In this document: positions 1 to 11,966 of the stretch, in pieces
Position numbering within the stretch: position 1 is the first letter of the stretch
How the letters are laid out: every line of letters begins with the position of its first letter
Assembly: GCA_010093995.1 (NCBI GenBank)
Contig: ML992504.1
Span: 372,001-436,000, forward strand
DNA length: 64,000 nt
DNA from: Elsinoe ampelina
Taxonomy: Eukaryota
Reading direction: 5' to 3'
Program-made: the position numbers and the translations under genes
The notes under the pieces: model-generated
Seen by the model: the letters and a program-made list of their open reading frames with translations, nothing else
Databases searched by the model: none
Told to the model about the DNA's origin: nothing

Positions 1-205
1 CGGTCAGCTCTCTTCTCCCTCCTCTCCATCATCTCCCACCATACTCTGACGATCATATCGATCGTCGCCGCCGCCCTTGCACCGACGAAATGACGGGCAC
101 CAAGGCCCCGGAGGAGTGCGCGGATCTCTGCGAGTAAAAAGTCAGTTCGGGGTCTGCGATCACGCGATAATGATTGTAGAAAGACATACCACGCAGGTTG
201 AACAT
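1..205 (-). CDS. 5' part of a small multi-exon hypothetical protein (MFNLREIRALLRGLGARHFVGARAAATIDMIVR...), running off the window start
   Basis: ATG at 205; exon 205-190; GTATGT..CTGAC..CAG intron 189-128; exon 127-45 in frame; then a GTATGG donor with GCTGAC branch. No recognisable homology. Confidence 0.45.
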
Positions 206-570
206 GGTTAGACCGTTGTGATGGTCTTTGATTGCTGTTTGGAAGCTTGGTTGCTTGTGGTGGTTGAGGTTTTGTGGTGATGGTAAGCATGAAGCTAGGG
301 GGCAAAATTTGAAGCTTTATTCACTGTGCGCGGCTGACGAAAAGGGCCAACCGGAGCAGCAACAATAGGAAGCGAAAATGACTGGTCCTATGGCAACGGA
401 TTAGGCATAGTCCATGCCGCCCAATCACTGCCCTGTTTTGGAGACTGATTTAGCTGCCTCCTCACGCGACAAAGTCTCCTTCTGCAAACACAACACACAT
501 CACAGTAAGTCGATCAATGGATACTCCAATTGATTGATGAGCTCATCAGCTAACGCGTAGCGCTCAATAG

Positions 571-993
571 ACCATATCGAATCAATCACCGCCTCCTCCG
601 CCGCCACCACCACCACGTAAGTACACATCTTCCCCTTCACCTCACCCATCGCCTCACCCATCACAATCTACACATCCTCCGCGTACTGCTACTCGTCTGA
701 ATAGTACTGACGCAAGCTATAGATCCCCCTCTCCACCACCACCACCTCGTAAGTGCTCGTCTACGCCTTCTCTTCCCTCGTGTTTTTGCCCTCGGTGGCC
801 CCAAACACACACCCCTCTTCAATGACCGTGAGAAAGTACTGACATGTTCTCTAGACCTCCTTCCTCTCCTCCTCCACCTCGTAAGTCTCAATCCGGCCCT
901 CGACATACTCACCACCATTATCCTCCTTCTACCACATCGCCATCGCCCAAGCACAGCGCTGACCATACCATCAGACCTCCTTCGCCATCAAAG
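571..993 (+). repeat. Degenerate tandem micro-exon/intron unit with 132-nt period in a 5' leader
   Basis: GTAAGT donors at 617, 749 and 881; 26-nt exons 723-748 and 855-880 both end CCACCTC; AGTACTGAC branch sites at 703 and 835. Confidence 0.7.
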
Positions 994-1267
994 ATGGCAG
1001 ACAAAGGCTTCAATGAAGCCATAAAGGTGCACATGATGCGGTTAGTGCTCAGTATAGTATCGACGGAGACGCCAATAATGCTGACAATGACATAGCCACA
1101 TGAGCTGCAAGGTCTGGGCCCAGATGCCCGGACGCAAAGCGTTTGTCGCGGTGGTCGATCCACCAAAGAAGTTTACGCCGCCCCCTCCGTTCCCTCCTCC
1201 CAGGTACGACCTGAAGGAAAAGTGGGTGGAGGCATTGATCTGGAGCGGATGGTACGGACAGGGGTAG
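994..1267 (+). CDS. Small 72-aa hypothetical protein (MADKGFNEAIKVHMMRHMSCKVWAQMPGRKAFVAVVDPPKKFTPPPPFPPPRYDLKEKWVEALIWSGWYGQG)
   Basis: Exons 994-1040 and 1096-1267 joined by a GTTAGT..GCTGAC..TAG intron give 219 nt in frame. It is preceded by four apparent 5'UTR introns. Confidence 0.55.
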
Positions 1268-1621
1268 ACGGGGGACAAGGAGCCTGGTAGTTTTTTCAAG
1301 GTCATGTACTACCAGATGACAACCGGCGGACATCAGAAGCTTGCGGCAGAAGAAGCCAGCAGAAGCCAGCAACAAACATCAAAGCAAATGAAGTAACTTT
1401 GCCTTTCTCCCCACAATCAATTGTCCATGTCTTGCCCCTCGTGCGGCTCTGTAGCACAGGGCTTGGCGTCTGTGGTCCCTCCCGCAATCGTGCAATCTCT
1501 GGGGATACATTCCGCTTTCCGCTCACCGACTTCGCGGCTTCCTCACTCATTTTTGTGCAAGAACCCTCCGCTCTCGGAGTCGTTGAGTCGGAGCATTGGC
1601 GACCCTGGAAGCAAGGTCAAA

Positions 1622-3838
1622 ATGTCATGGCCTGCGACACCTGTCCAAGGTCTACCTCAGCAATCGCCTCTACAAAGTCCACAGACGGCGAGTATTCCGC
1701 GCAAGCGCAAAAAGTCGAATGACGTCGAAGACCAGAGCGATGAGGGGGAACACGGGTCTGGTCAGAGGGGTCGCAATCAAGGCGTGAAGAGAGCCTGTAA
1801 TGAATGCAGACAGCAGAAGGTATGGTCAATATGGGGCTAACACGCGCATGGAGGCTGACTCTTTTCATAGTTGCGATGCGACGTGCAGACCGAACCTGTC
1901 TACCAACCCTGTAAACGATGCATGAAGCACAAGCTGCACTGTGCGATTGACCCCGGCTTCAAGAGACAAGAAAAGCGCCAACAATATGCGGAACTTGAGA
2001 AAGAACTGAATGCCTTGCGTGCAGAAAACCAACAGTTACGGGCAGGACTGCCACACGGTCTGGCGCCGATCAACAATGGTCGAGTCACAGCTCCATACCC
2101 ACCCTCCATGGTCCCTCCCTCGCCTTTCTCTGGCTCCAACGAAGCCGCGGCGTCTAGGTCACTGCTGGACTTGGCTTCTGGCTATGATAGCTCGCTCATC
2201 GCCAGTGCAAGAGCCCCAAGTCACACTACTCTGGCGAAGGTCACCCTGAGCGAAGGCCAGGTCGAAGAGCTGTTCAACATCTACTTCTCTCGCTATCACC
2301 CATATCTACCTCTTCTGTCGCCTGATACTTCTCCAAGCGAATATTGGGTCTTGTGCCCACTCCTCTATTGGACTATTATCAGCGTAGCCTCGAGAAGGTA
2401 CGAAGCACGACGCGGTCTACTCAGTGAGCTCAAGCTTCCACTTCACGAGCTGCTGTGGGATACAATCGGAACGGTTCCACAGACCTATCATGTTGTCAAA
2501 GCTCTTTGCTTGCTTTGCGCCTGGCCACTTCCGACGAGCTCAACTTCGCTAGATCCGAGCATGATCATTTGCGGCACTATGGTCCAAGTCGCGATGCAGT
2601 TTGGCCTGCACCGACCTTCTCATGCTCAAGACTTTTCCAGAATCAAGCTCGAGCTAAGGGAAGAAGACATCAAGGACAGGATGAACACGTGGACGGGCGT
2701 CAACATCTGCGCCCAGAATGTCTCTACCGGATACGGCATGCCACAAATCTCGAGGTGGAACTGGTTCACCCATGGACTGCATCTGGAGAGAATTTCACCT
2801 GCACTGAAGAACCGTTGCCTCATCGAACGCTTCATCGACAAGATCACAAGGACAATGTACACGATGCAGAGAGATCTGATTGTGCAGAATGATGAGACGC
2901 AACGAGCACTTACAATCGACATGTTCGCTCGTGAGTACGAGGAGTTGGCAGCTACGATAAAGCAACAGAGCCCATTGCGTAAGTCGTACACGATGTTGGC
3001 AGACGAACCGTACTGATTCCTCACAGCAATCGACTTCCTCCACTTGCACGTAGCCAACTTGCATCTCCGCCTGACAGCCTTCTTCGACTCGCCCGCCGCT
3101 CCCACGTATCGGAATGATCTCTCCCAATTATATGTCGCCGCGACGACGTTTCTCAAGACATTCCTCGGTCTGCCGAGCGATCTTGAATTGAAGCCAGTCG
3201 AAGCCGAACTTGACTTGTCGGATCCACCAGGGAGTCCATTCGCTACCAACTACATTATGCAAATGGTTCTCGCTGCTGGCTTCACTCTAATGAAGCTGCT
3301 CAATTCGTTCTTCGCCTCCCAAGTCGACACGGTGTCGGGCAGAACGATTTTTTTGCAGACAGTCTCTGCACTACGTAGCATCAGCGTCGTGCAGAATGAT
3401 CTGCCACAGCGGCTGGCCGAAGTGCTTGCTCAACTATGGCAAGCTAGCGGCGCCGGCGGGCAAAGACTGTTCGACGACAACGGGACAAAGCCTGATATTG
3501 ATGACAGTCTTCAGATTAAAGTACGGTGCAGGATGAGCATGAGCCTTGTCTACGACAGCATATGGAGATGGAAGGAGAGGTTTGGGGCAGTGCGCAATCT
3601 CGATCGGATGGTGGAGCATCCCACACAACCGGACGAGCCTGCCGACCATTCTGGTTCTGACCCAGCTGTTAGCGGTAGCGAGTCGATGATGCTGCCAATG
3701 GCTTCCAATAGTGAGGACGGCATGGGAATTGAGGCATGGGACAATCCTTTTGGGTCGAACGCGCCATTTGACTCGCTCGGGTGGGCATTGGATGGGTTTT
3801 TGGAGCTGCCGATGGGCAATGAGCAAGGCTTTGTGTAG
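1622..3838 (+). CDS. LEU3: Zn(II)2Cys6 transcription factor, Leu3/LeuB type (about 705 aa)
   Basis: KRACNECRQQK|LRCD..PCKRC..LHC zinc cluster, fungal TF middle region, VRCRMSMSLVYDSIWRW and acidic C-terminal tail. Exons 1622-1819, 1871-2978 and 3027-3838 with canonical introns. Alternative in-frame ATG at 1427. Confidence 0.85.
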
Positions 3839-4885
3839 GATCTCGAAGTCCAAGAAGGGTATTGACACGGTGTCTAGCTTCAGGAACGGTATCTATACCA
3901 ATGGAATGAAAATCGATAGTCTACCAAGAGCTGCAGCCCGGGTCAACCAGACTTTGGGCGGGCGGCTACTCACGTTTATCTTTCGAGTATCCGGATTTTC
4001 AGGGTCCAACGCCTGGTTTTAGTGAGGAACACCAGTTGAGCACTTCTCTTTGTGCTGAGATTGTTAAACAACGACACTGGTTTAATGATCGAAAATTTGC
4101 TATAATATATCCTAAATCTTGAAGTATAGGTATTTCAAGTTTTGGAATATTTCGTATAGATTTGCGTGGTAAAAATTGACCTTAAGAAGGCTTCCTCACC
4201 TACTGCAAGGCCTCGGATACTCGAAAAATAAACGTGAGTAGCAGTTCCGATGACAGGCACAAGAAGAGCACCCTTGGTAACTTTTTGGCACACGGTGAAC
4301 AGCGCACATGGCCCTGCGTCATTTTTGTCCATTTTGTGGTGCCGAGAGGTGCCAACTCTTTCCATTTGGCTTCTGGAGATCCACCCATCCATGATCCCTC
4401 TGATCCCTCAAGCATGATCGGCTCGTCTATCCTCGCTGTCATCTTCAACACCAATCGATCGCGACCCGCGACATGCCCACCCGACTGCTCGTGCAAATTT
4501 CTCACACTTCAACAACGACATGTGTCAATGATTGTATGACCTAGAAACACGATTCGAGTCACCGACGCAGTACATTTGCAGCCATAATCCAAGAGCCTCC
4601 GTATACGACTCGAGCGCAAACTTGCCGACTTGCGACACTTTGACCAGCCCCCTCTAAAGGAACCCACCAAACTTTCGCAACGGCGCAAGCTATCCCACGA
4701 ATTTCTTAGCTGTAGCTGTCGCATACACCGTCAGAGGGCATATCATCGCTTGCGACATTATCTACACCTTCTCCACTCGCGCAGCGAAAGGCTGAAACCA
4801 CGTCCTCCCTTCCGGCAACCGAGACAAACCATTCTGTCCATGCTTTACAGCTGAAAGAGCAAGGAGAATTGGATCGATAGCGGAC

Positions 4886-7825
4886 ATGCCGGCGAATTCA
4901 GCGGGCGACGCTTTGATCCAGTCATTCAACAATTCCCTGCCTGCCGGACATGGACGAGGTTCAAGCAGCAATCCGAGTGCACCTTTCGCGCAAGAAGGCA
5001 CAACCTTGGCCTCTCTTGGTCTGAAGGCATCCAACGACGATATCGCTACAGAAGCGCGAGGGTTCCATACCAACAACGTACTCGGAGAATACATATCTGC
5101 TCGGTCACTCCGATCCATGGGCAGTGGTCTACCTCCAACACCACCCTCTCAGAACGGAGAATTTGACGAGCCCCTCATGAGCCCTGCCATGCTATCAGAG
5201 GTGTATCAGGATGCTTTGTCCTCGCCAAGGATGCAGGTTAGCACACCTGTACAGCTTACTGGTCCTCCGACGCCGGATACCACTCCTCCATCGACTCGGG
5301 ATCAACTGAGAGTGCCGAGGAAAGGTCTATACCATTTTCCGTCCCTCTCGCAGGCCGACTCCTTTGTCACTGCAAGGGAAACTCTTCCTAGTCGATCCTC
5401 GAACCGCAGCCAGTCGTATCAACCTGTCACGCTTGGAGATGCATCTTTTCAATCATCGCGCTTGCACCTCAGTAGCACCCCCGACAATATAGATGCGAAA
5501 GGACTAGACGACAAGCGAGATCCTATCACTCCACCGCAGAAGGAAGTCGGCCAACGGGTGGAAACCTCTCCAAGTCCGCGGTCACGGCAGAGCTATCAGT
5601 CCAGCACACGCGATCTCACGAATGGTGTACAGACAACCAAGAAGCCCGAGGGCACGCGCATCAACGGTCACCTCACTCCTGAGGTCGCTCATACCTCTGC
5701 CCATTCGCGGAACAGTAGCATTACATCTGCCAGTAAGAGCGATACCTCGCCCAGGCGCAAGCCGAGACACCGGAGACGACCAGATGGGCACACTTCATCC
5801 GACCACAGCAAAGACAGTCTCCGACAACAAGAAGACCATAATCCAAACAACTCACACGATGCGCTCTACGCACACCTCCGTGATGAGAAGTCGAAGCGAT
5901 TGTCTGGACAATCTTACACTTCGACCGTTGTGGAAGCGCTTGTCTACACGAGTCCGCAGAAGCCGCACAGAGGGCTTCGACATGCTGGAAAGAATCTGGC
6001 TCTTCGCGGGGATGGAAATGACTTGCAGCAGGCCAGGCGTAATTTCTCTGACATCACAGAGATGCACGAACATAGGCTACGACACCGCAAGTCACCACTG
6101 CCAGGCAGAGCTTTTGGCATGGGTCATTTGCATGACGCGAATGAAAAGCCAAGGGCTTTCTCGACTCCTGAATCCTTGCGCAGACAATCTTCGAATACAC
6201 TGGCCGAGTCGCCGGAAAATTCACCAATAATTGCTGTCAGGACATTATCGAAACCCGCCAAGCGGTTGACACCACCTGACTGGCCGCTGCGTCCCACAAA
6301 TGACGGTAGCGCGCAAAGTGAGCAGAGTGAGGATGTCAAGTCGGTCAACAGTGTCCGTCGGCGAGGCGTTCGACCCGGACAGCCCATCGAGTTGACCGAT
6401 GACGAAGACGAGCCCGTCGAAAGGGACGACTCATCTCCAGACATGCATTTCCCACGTATGGGCTGGCGAAGAGGTATTGTGGATGACGAGCTGTTGTCAC
6501 CTCCACTGAAGCCTCCTACGAGCTTCAGCATGCCTCGAACCCGGAATGACAGCTTGGATATAGACGAAAGCAAGCTACTACCATTCCGCAGCCACTCCGG
6601 ATCTGATGGCGGCATGACGCGTGGATCACTAGACGGGTCACGACGAGGCTCGCTCGACCCACGCATGGACCACGCTCACGCCCGCCACCACTCATCCGCC
6701 CATACCCCGATGTCCGATCACTCCGCCTGGTCCGACCGCACCCACACCGCCGAAGTCAACCAAGCGCGCGCCATTTCCATCTACCCCCACCACAACGAAT
6801 CCCTCCTGCTAGTCCAACACCCCAAATCCACCCCCAACCGCCCCCCACCCCTCCCCTCCGTCGCCGAACCCCCCTCCCCCATCCCCCGCGCCGTCCCCAA
6901 ATTCGAAGCCTTCCTCGACACCGGCACACCCGCCGCCTCCACCCCTTCGCTGACCCAACACCACTCCCCGCTCACCAACCCGCGCACCGCCCCCCTCCCG
7001 CCCGTGATCCAATTCATCCCCGCCACGCCCCTCTCCGAGGCAGATCGCCAACTCACGTCTTCACCGGGGATCGACCCGCCGTTCAGTATGAACTCCACCG
7101 CGCCGCTTCCCGCGCGGCGCGCGTCGTTGAGGGAACGTGCCCGCGCGCAGTCCGTGGCGCTGGTGGACGCGATTTTGTGGCGGGGTAACTCGGTGCGGTC
7201 CACGCGGAGGAGGAGACGGGATACGGTCGCCGAGGAGAGGCCGGGGTATTTGGATCCGTTTTGGCGGCCGAGGGGGTTTTGGGAGGGGTTTGATTCGGAT
7301 GAGGAGGGTGGGTATGAGCCGTTGCCGAGGGGGGGGGATGAGAGGGATGTTGGAATGGGGGAGGAGGAGGAGGAGGAGGAGGAGGAGAAGGGGGCTGGGA
7401 AGGGGAAGGTGGATGGGGAGGGGAGGGAGGGGGCCGTCGGGGTGTGGCCGAGGAAAATGAGTGTCAGGAAGTCCAGGGCGGGGTGGGGGAGTGGGAATGG
7501 ACGCGGGGTCGACGGGGGGAGGAAGAGGGGCGTGAGGCTCCCGCTGTCGTTACCTTCGCCGTTGCGGCTGGGTGGGGGTCGGAGCTGGGTGCCTGGGCAG
7601 GAAGGAACGGTGGCGTTGGGCGTGAGGAAGCGGAGGAGCGAAAAGGCGTTGCGGACGGGGACGGTGTTGGCGAGGGGTAGGTTTGGGGTTGTGGGGACTA
7701 AGGTGAGGGGGTTGAGGGAGTGGGGTGGGAGGGTGAGGGAGGGGAGGGAGGAGAGGGCGAGGGAGAAGAGGAGGGAGAGGATCAGGGGGAGTATTGGGGA
7801 GATGTGGGTGCAGGAGGGGAGGTGA
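4886..7825 (+). CDS. Large Ser/Pro/Arg-rich, probably disordered hypothetical protein (979 aa)
   Basis: Uninterrupted 2.9-kb ORF from an ATG, with ordered-looking islands (ISIYPHHNESLLLVQ, SPLTNPRTAP, PFWRPRGFW). Confidence 0.75.
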   Translation: MPANSAGDALIQSFNNSLPAGHGRGSSSNPSAPFAQEGTTLASLGLKASNDDIATEARGFHTNNVLGEYISARSLRSMGSGLPPTPPSQNGEFDEPLMSPAMLSEVYQDALSSPRMQVSTPVQLTGPPTPDTTPPSTRDQLRVPRKGLYHFPSLSQADSFVTARETLPSRSSNRSQSYQPVTLGDASFQSSRLHLSSTPDNIDAKGLDDKRDPITPPQKEVGQRVETSPSPRSRQSYQSSTRDLTNGVQTTKKPEGTRINGHLTPEVAHTSAHSRNSSITSASKSDTSPRRKPRHRRRPDGHTSSDHSKDSLRQQEDHNPNNSHDALYAHLRDEKSKRLSGQSYTSTVVEALVYTSPQKPHRGLRHAGKNLALRGDGNDLQQARRNFSDITEMHEHRLRHRKSPLPGRAFGMGHLHDANEKPRAFSTPESLRRQSSNTLAESPENSPIIAVRTLSKPAKRLTPPDWPLRPTNDGSAQSEQSEDVKSVNSVRRRGVRPGQPIELTDDEDEPVERDDSSPDMHFPRMGWRRGIVDDELLSPPLKPPTSFSMPRTRNDSLDIDESKLLPFRSHSGSDGGMTRGSLDGSRRGSLDPRMDHAHARHHSSAHTPMSDHSAWSDRTHTAEVNQARAISIYPHHNESLLLVQHPKSTPNRPPPLPSVAEPPSPIPRAVPKFEAFLDTGTPAASTPSLTQHHSPLTNPRTAPLPPVIQFIPATPLSEADRQLTSSPGIDPPFSMNSTAPLPARRASLRERARAQSVALVDAILWRGNSVRSTRRRRRDTVAEERPGYLDPFWRPRGFWEGFDSDEEGGYEPLPRGGDERDVGMGEEEEEEEEEKGAGKGKVDGEGREGAVGVWPRKMSVRKSRAGWGSGNGRGVDGGRKRGVRLPLSLPSPLRLGGGRSWVPGQEGTVALGVRKRRSEKALRTGTVLARGRFGVVGTKVRGLREWGGRVREGREERAREKRRERIRGSIGEMWVQEGR

Positions 7826-8647
7826 TGAGGCGGGTTGTATATGGTCTGGTTGGGGAGGGTTGGGGAGGTGTACGTGCTACGAGAAACGATTCATGCCTGC
7901 ATCGGGTTGGGTTTATGATGATGATGATGATGTACTATATCACGCTTCTACATTCTGGGCAATGACTGTCTTCTACTCTCTCCTATACTTTGCGCTAGGT
8001 ACGCTTGAAATGCGTCTTCCTCCGCTTCAAAGCTTCATCGTCGAGAAAGTACAACGGAGTGACGCTCGAGTCGAAAGTCACGTTTGTTGCGCCTGGCACT
8101 GTTCTTCAGCACGATATTCTTGGGTGTGTACTTGAATAATTCATACCGGATGTGGTAGAGGAGATGGCGAATTGTAGGTCCCCAGCTGAGGATGTGGATT
8201 GGGTGCAGCTGCTGGACGAGGACAAGGGGCGGTGCTTCGAGGGGCGGAGAAGAGTTGTTGCTGGCTTTTTGCGAGGGGGGGTCATTTGGACATGGTCTGT
8301 TTGTCTGATTGTCACCGACGGGAGACGGTTGAAGGTATGGAGATCTACTTCTATGCGAGATGGATCGGCAAGGGGAAGGGATGTTTGAGGGAAAGTGCAC
8401 GCGTGGAAGCTCGATCATGACGTCGGCGTGAAGCTTTGAGGGTTTGGGGGACATTTTTGGGAGTTTCGCTGATCTGTTTGCTCAATATCTTGCCGACTTG
8501 CGATATCACCGTTCAAAACTGACACTGGATACGCCATCAGAGACCAAAACACCTTGAGCAGCCGACTCCGAGATACCTTAGACGCCACAGCAATTTCACA
8601 GTCTGCTCTGCAATCGACAGACTTTGGACAACATTGTCCGGACAGCC

Positions 8648-9725
8648 ATGGCCTCATCTCTGAGCTTGGGATCAAGGAGGATACGTCCTTACCTGTCTCT
8701 TCGATCCGGGCAGATGATATCGAGATCATTCACTGTATCTAGTCGCCTGTCCAGTCCGCCATCTGCCCCTCCGAAGAACCGCGATCGAGGACCAAAGAGC
8801 AAGGAAGATACGCAAACGGACTTTCAGAAGATGGACATTTTTACGAACACGCCGCCGCCATCGTCCGCGGTCGATGCTTGTCAATCGGATGGCTTCTTAC
8901 TCAATAGCGGACTGAAGGTCATCGGATCTGGCATGCTTCTGGTCGGGGGAGAGGCGTTCCGGTGGAGTCCATGGCTCAAGGAGGGCAGGAAGGAAGGCAC
9001 CATAGCAGGCGGCGGACTCGGCAACGACAACAAGGGCATCAATAGTCCTGGCGGTAAGATCATGAACCACAAGGGGCAATTGGACATCAGTGAAGAAGCC
9101 TGGGGTATTCTGAAGGTGGTCTGGCCAAAGCCTGGTAAGTTGGTCCCTTGCATTTGATCGTACATCAAGACACTTGCTACAGTGCTTCGCTTGGGAGAGC
9201 CTCGGCGATGTTTAGTCCGAGATGTAGATTATTGGTTCCTGAGGCAGCTCCTCTCCACAGCTAGTTCTGTCCGGAGTTGTCCGGGCTAAAAGGAACAAAG
9301 CTGGCTGTCTGCCCGCTGCAGGTCTCGCATTCTCAGCTTGCTCGAGCACATTGCTCGCTTAGAATGCTTGCATGTCATGGAGCAAAGCTTCCGTCAGTTC
9401 GGGACAGCGGTGCAGGTCGAGCGTTAATCAGCCCTTCTTTCATTTGCTAGAAGCGAGTTTCTGTCACTTTTCATACGATGACACAAGTGCTGCTGCTGCA
9501 CACATCGCTGAGCCATGATCTACAGATTTGCTCGTCGTCGGCACTGGACCAAGGATTGCACCCGTTTCGCCAGAGACGAGGCGGCTCATTAACGAACTCG
9601 GCATTCGATTGGAGGTACAAGATACAAGGAATGCGGCAGCGCAATTCAACTTGCTGGCCACGGAACGGGGCGTTCAACAAGTGGCTGCGGCGTTGATCCC
9701 CATCGGATGGCGTGAAGGGTCTTGA
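8648..9725 (+). CDS. NDUFAF3: Mitochondrial complex I assembly factor 3 / Mth938-like domain protein (228 aa)
   Basis: Arg/Ser-rich presequence and PKP|DLLVVGTG...LGIRLEVQDTRNAAAQFNLLATER motif. Exons 8648-9134 and 9526-9725; 391-nt intron. Confidence 0.85.
9181..9470 (+). ncRNA. Candidate structured RNA inside the NDUFAF3 intron (identity unknown)
   Basis: Nested complementary segments: 9187-92/9451-56, 9194-99/9251-56, 9258-62/9299-9303, 9269-75/9280-86, 9313-18/9405-10, 9327-33/9361-67 and 9343-48/9352-57. Confidence 0.4.
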
Positions 9726-11966
9726 AGGGAAACAAGTGTCAAGGCCTGTGCACGATAGTTCACCATGTTGAGCGACAGCCAAAACGCCTCTTTAGCAGAT
9801 CATCCTGTCTGGGGAGTCTTCGGGCAAAACAGCAGACACACGGACCACAACAATCGATGCAGACGAGTGCACGCGCCGATGTTGGAGTGGATCGCAAGCA
9901 GGACGGACAAACAAGAAGCAAAATGCGATGCGAGGCGGAAGCAGAAACCGGGTCTGCAAGCCACGCAGCGAAAGTCGGACAGAATAACTTAACATTCATG
10001 TGGAAAAGGCACCGAAACACCGGCGGTTACGGTAGGCTCATCAATAATGCGTGTCATCTTTGCTCTTCATCCCAGGTCTCGCGACTCATGGTAGCCTCGA
10101 TAACCCGAGTCGTGATCAATAGACCAAAGGACCGTGCAAGAGTCAAGCAATGACCTAGGCAAGACGTGGAAGAAAGAGGTTCCCTTCCCTTCCCTAAACA
10201 CCAGCCAATTGTGGAGAAAGTCTATCTACCCGCTTGCACAGAAACATGCAAAGCACGGCAATTGACCAGGGAAACCTTTGCTTCACTCAGAGTTTTCTTG
10301 TCAATTATTTGCTTGGCTGGACGGCAGCAATTTCCGCTGGCGTCTATCGACTGGCCACGCGGAGACGCACATGCTGTGCGACGTGATGGAAAGACAACAT
10401 GATTGATACTACTGTATCCTCCAGCTAGCCTCCAGCTCCAGAGGCAAGAGATGCTGTCTGAAATGCAACCTGCCGCGCTCTAGCTAGCGTCTTGGTTCCG
10501 ACGGATCGCTGCGAGATTCCTTCACCAGCGACTGCGCCATCTGCCGCTTATCCCACCTCCCTGCACGACTATCTCGCGTGCATCTACGCCTGATCTGCTC
10601 GTGATGCGCAAACCGTCAGAGAGCCCCCCCATGATTCATTGCCGGTGTCTCCACGAGTTCCACGGTGATCCGCCCGGCTGATCTTCGCCGACAATTGAGA
10701 TGATTGTCACATCATGATAGAACGTCGAGGCGGCATCGGATCGACCGGGATCAGAGCTAGGAAACATCACCTGTCACCTTCTGCAGCATAATATAGTGGC
10801 CCGTCGTTGGAGGTGCGTCATTGGCAGCGCCTCGCTCCGTCGCAGCCCCGACTAGAGGCATGAGGAGACACGACTAGCAGCAACTTTGCAACAGGCCCTC
10901 CAGGGCAAGCGTGCAGGCTCGTGTTGTGCAAACGACGAGTCGCATCATGGCGAATAGTTGCAGGCGCTACCACACATGCCAGTCCGGATTGAGCGCGAGG
11001 CATCGCGTCACTTGATACGACCATCTCTCGATTCATCCAGCTCCGCGATGCTTGCCCCCGGTGGTGTGACGAATCATGGGCTTTTGCTCGATTAGGTTTG
11101 CCTCGCCCCGCCTTGGACTGGCCGTCAACCTACCCCGCGTTTCCCTGTCGTGCTGCAACCTTGGAAGCTTGCAAGCTCTCTCTCTCTGGGCTCTTCATCC
11201 AGCTGGTCTGACGGTTCTGACCAGCAGCCACCACCACGCGAGCCATCGACTTTCCATCTATCTGGCGCCCTCCTCTCGGCACGGTCTTTGACCACCCACG
11301 AGCTTCCCTCCGGACGGCTGATCATGGAGCACCGCCCTAGGAGCGAGCTCCAGCTTTCGGGTCCATCTGCCACACCTGGCTCTCGCGTGCCAGACTGGAT
11401 TACTAGTCGCATCTTGCCTCTTTTCCATGCTTCCCCCGTCGTCCAGAAAAACAGCGTCATTGCTCAGGCCCACTGACTCTTGCGCCCATCCCGCCGTACT
11501 TGTACTGTATACCTTTCCCTTCCTCCGACTTTTTGTCTTTTGGTGGCAATGATTCTCGCCCCAACCACGACCCTGTTGCCCTACCGTTTCGACCTGAGCG
11601 ATCACTACTTGTCGGACATGCTCATTGGTTGACCTTGGACGACAGAGATCATCAACTCTTTTTTTTTCTCGAAATTTCGTCGCTGGCAGGATATTAGTTC
11701 CCTTTTCCAACGACTTGTCTGGCACCGTCATGACACACGTTACAGCTTGCGACCCTTCCAGCTAAGCTCCGATTGCATTTGGCAGAGCTCCGTAGCTCAC
11801 GCTTGCTATCGACACTCACTTGCGGAACATGCTTGGACGATGTGCCCCAGATACAACTCACGTCGACACCCTGTACGGTCCCGCAGCGGAGCACCACACT
11901 TCACAGCTGTCCAGCTCTTGGACGTCGGCATTCGGGCATATAGCCTGACATCGGGACAGAAAGACT

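Noticed and set aside
7915..7932. (ATG)n microsatellite
   Set aside because: Ordinary short repeat in a 3' region.
7996..8454. Possible small minus-strand gene
   Set aside because: A coherent model needs a GC donor and shows no recognisable homology; support is insufficient.
9181..9470. TPP riboswitch, SRP, RNase P/MRP or U6 identity for the intronic structure
   Set aside because: The diagnostic conserved motifs were not found by eye, so it is left unassigned.
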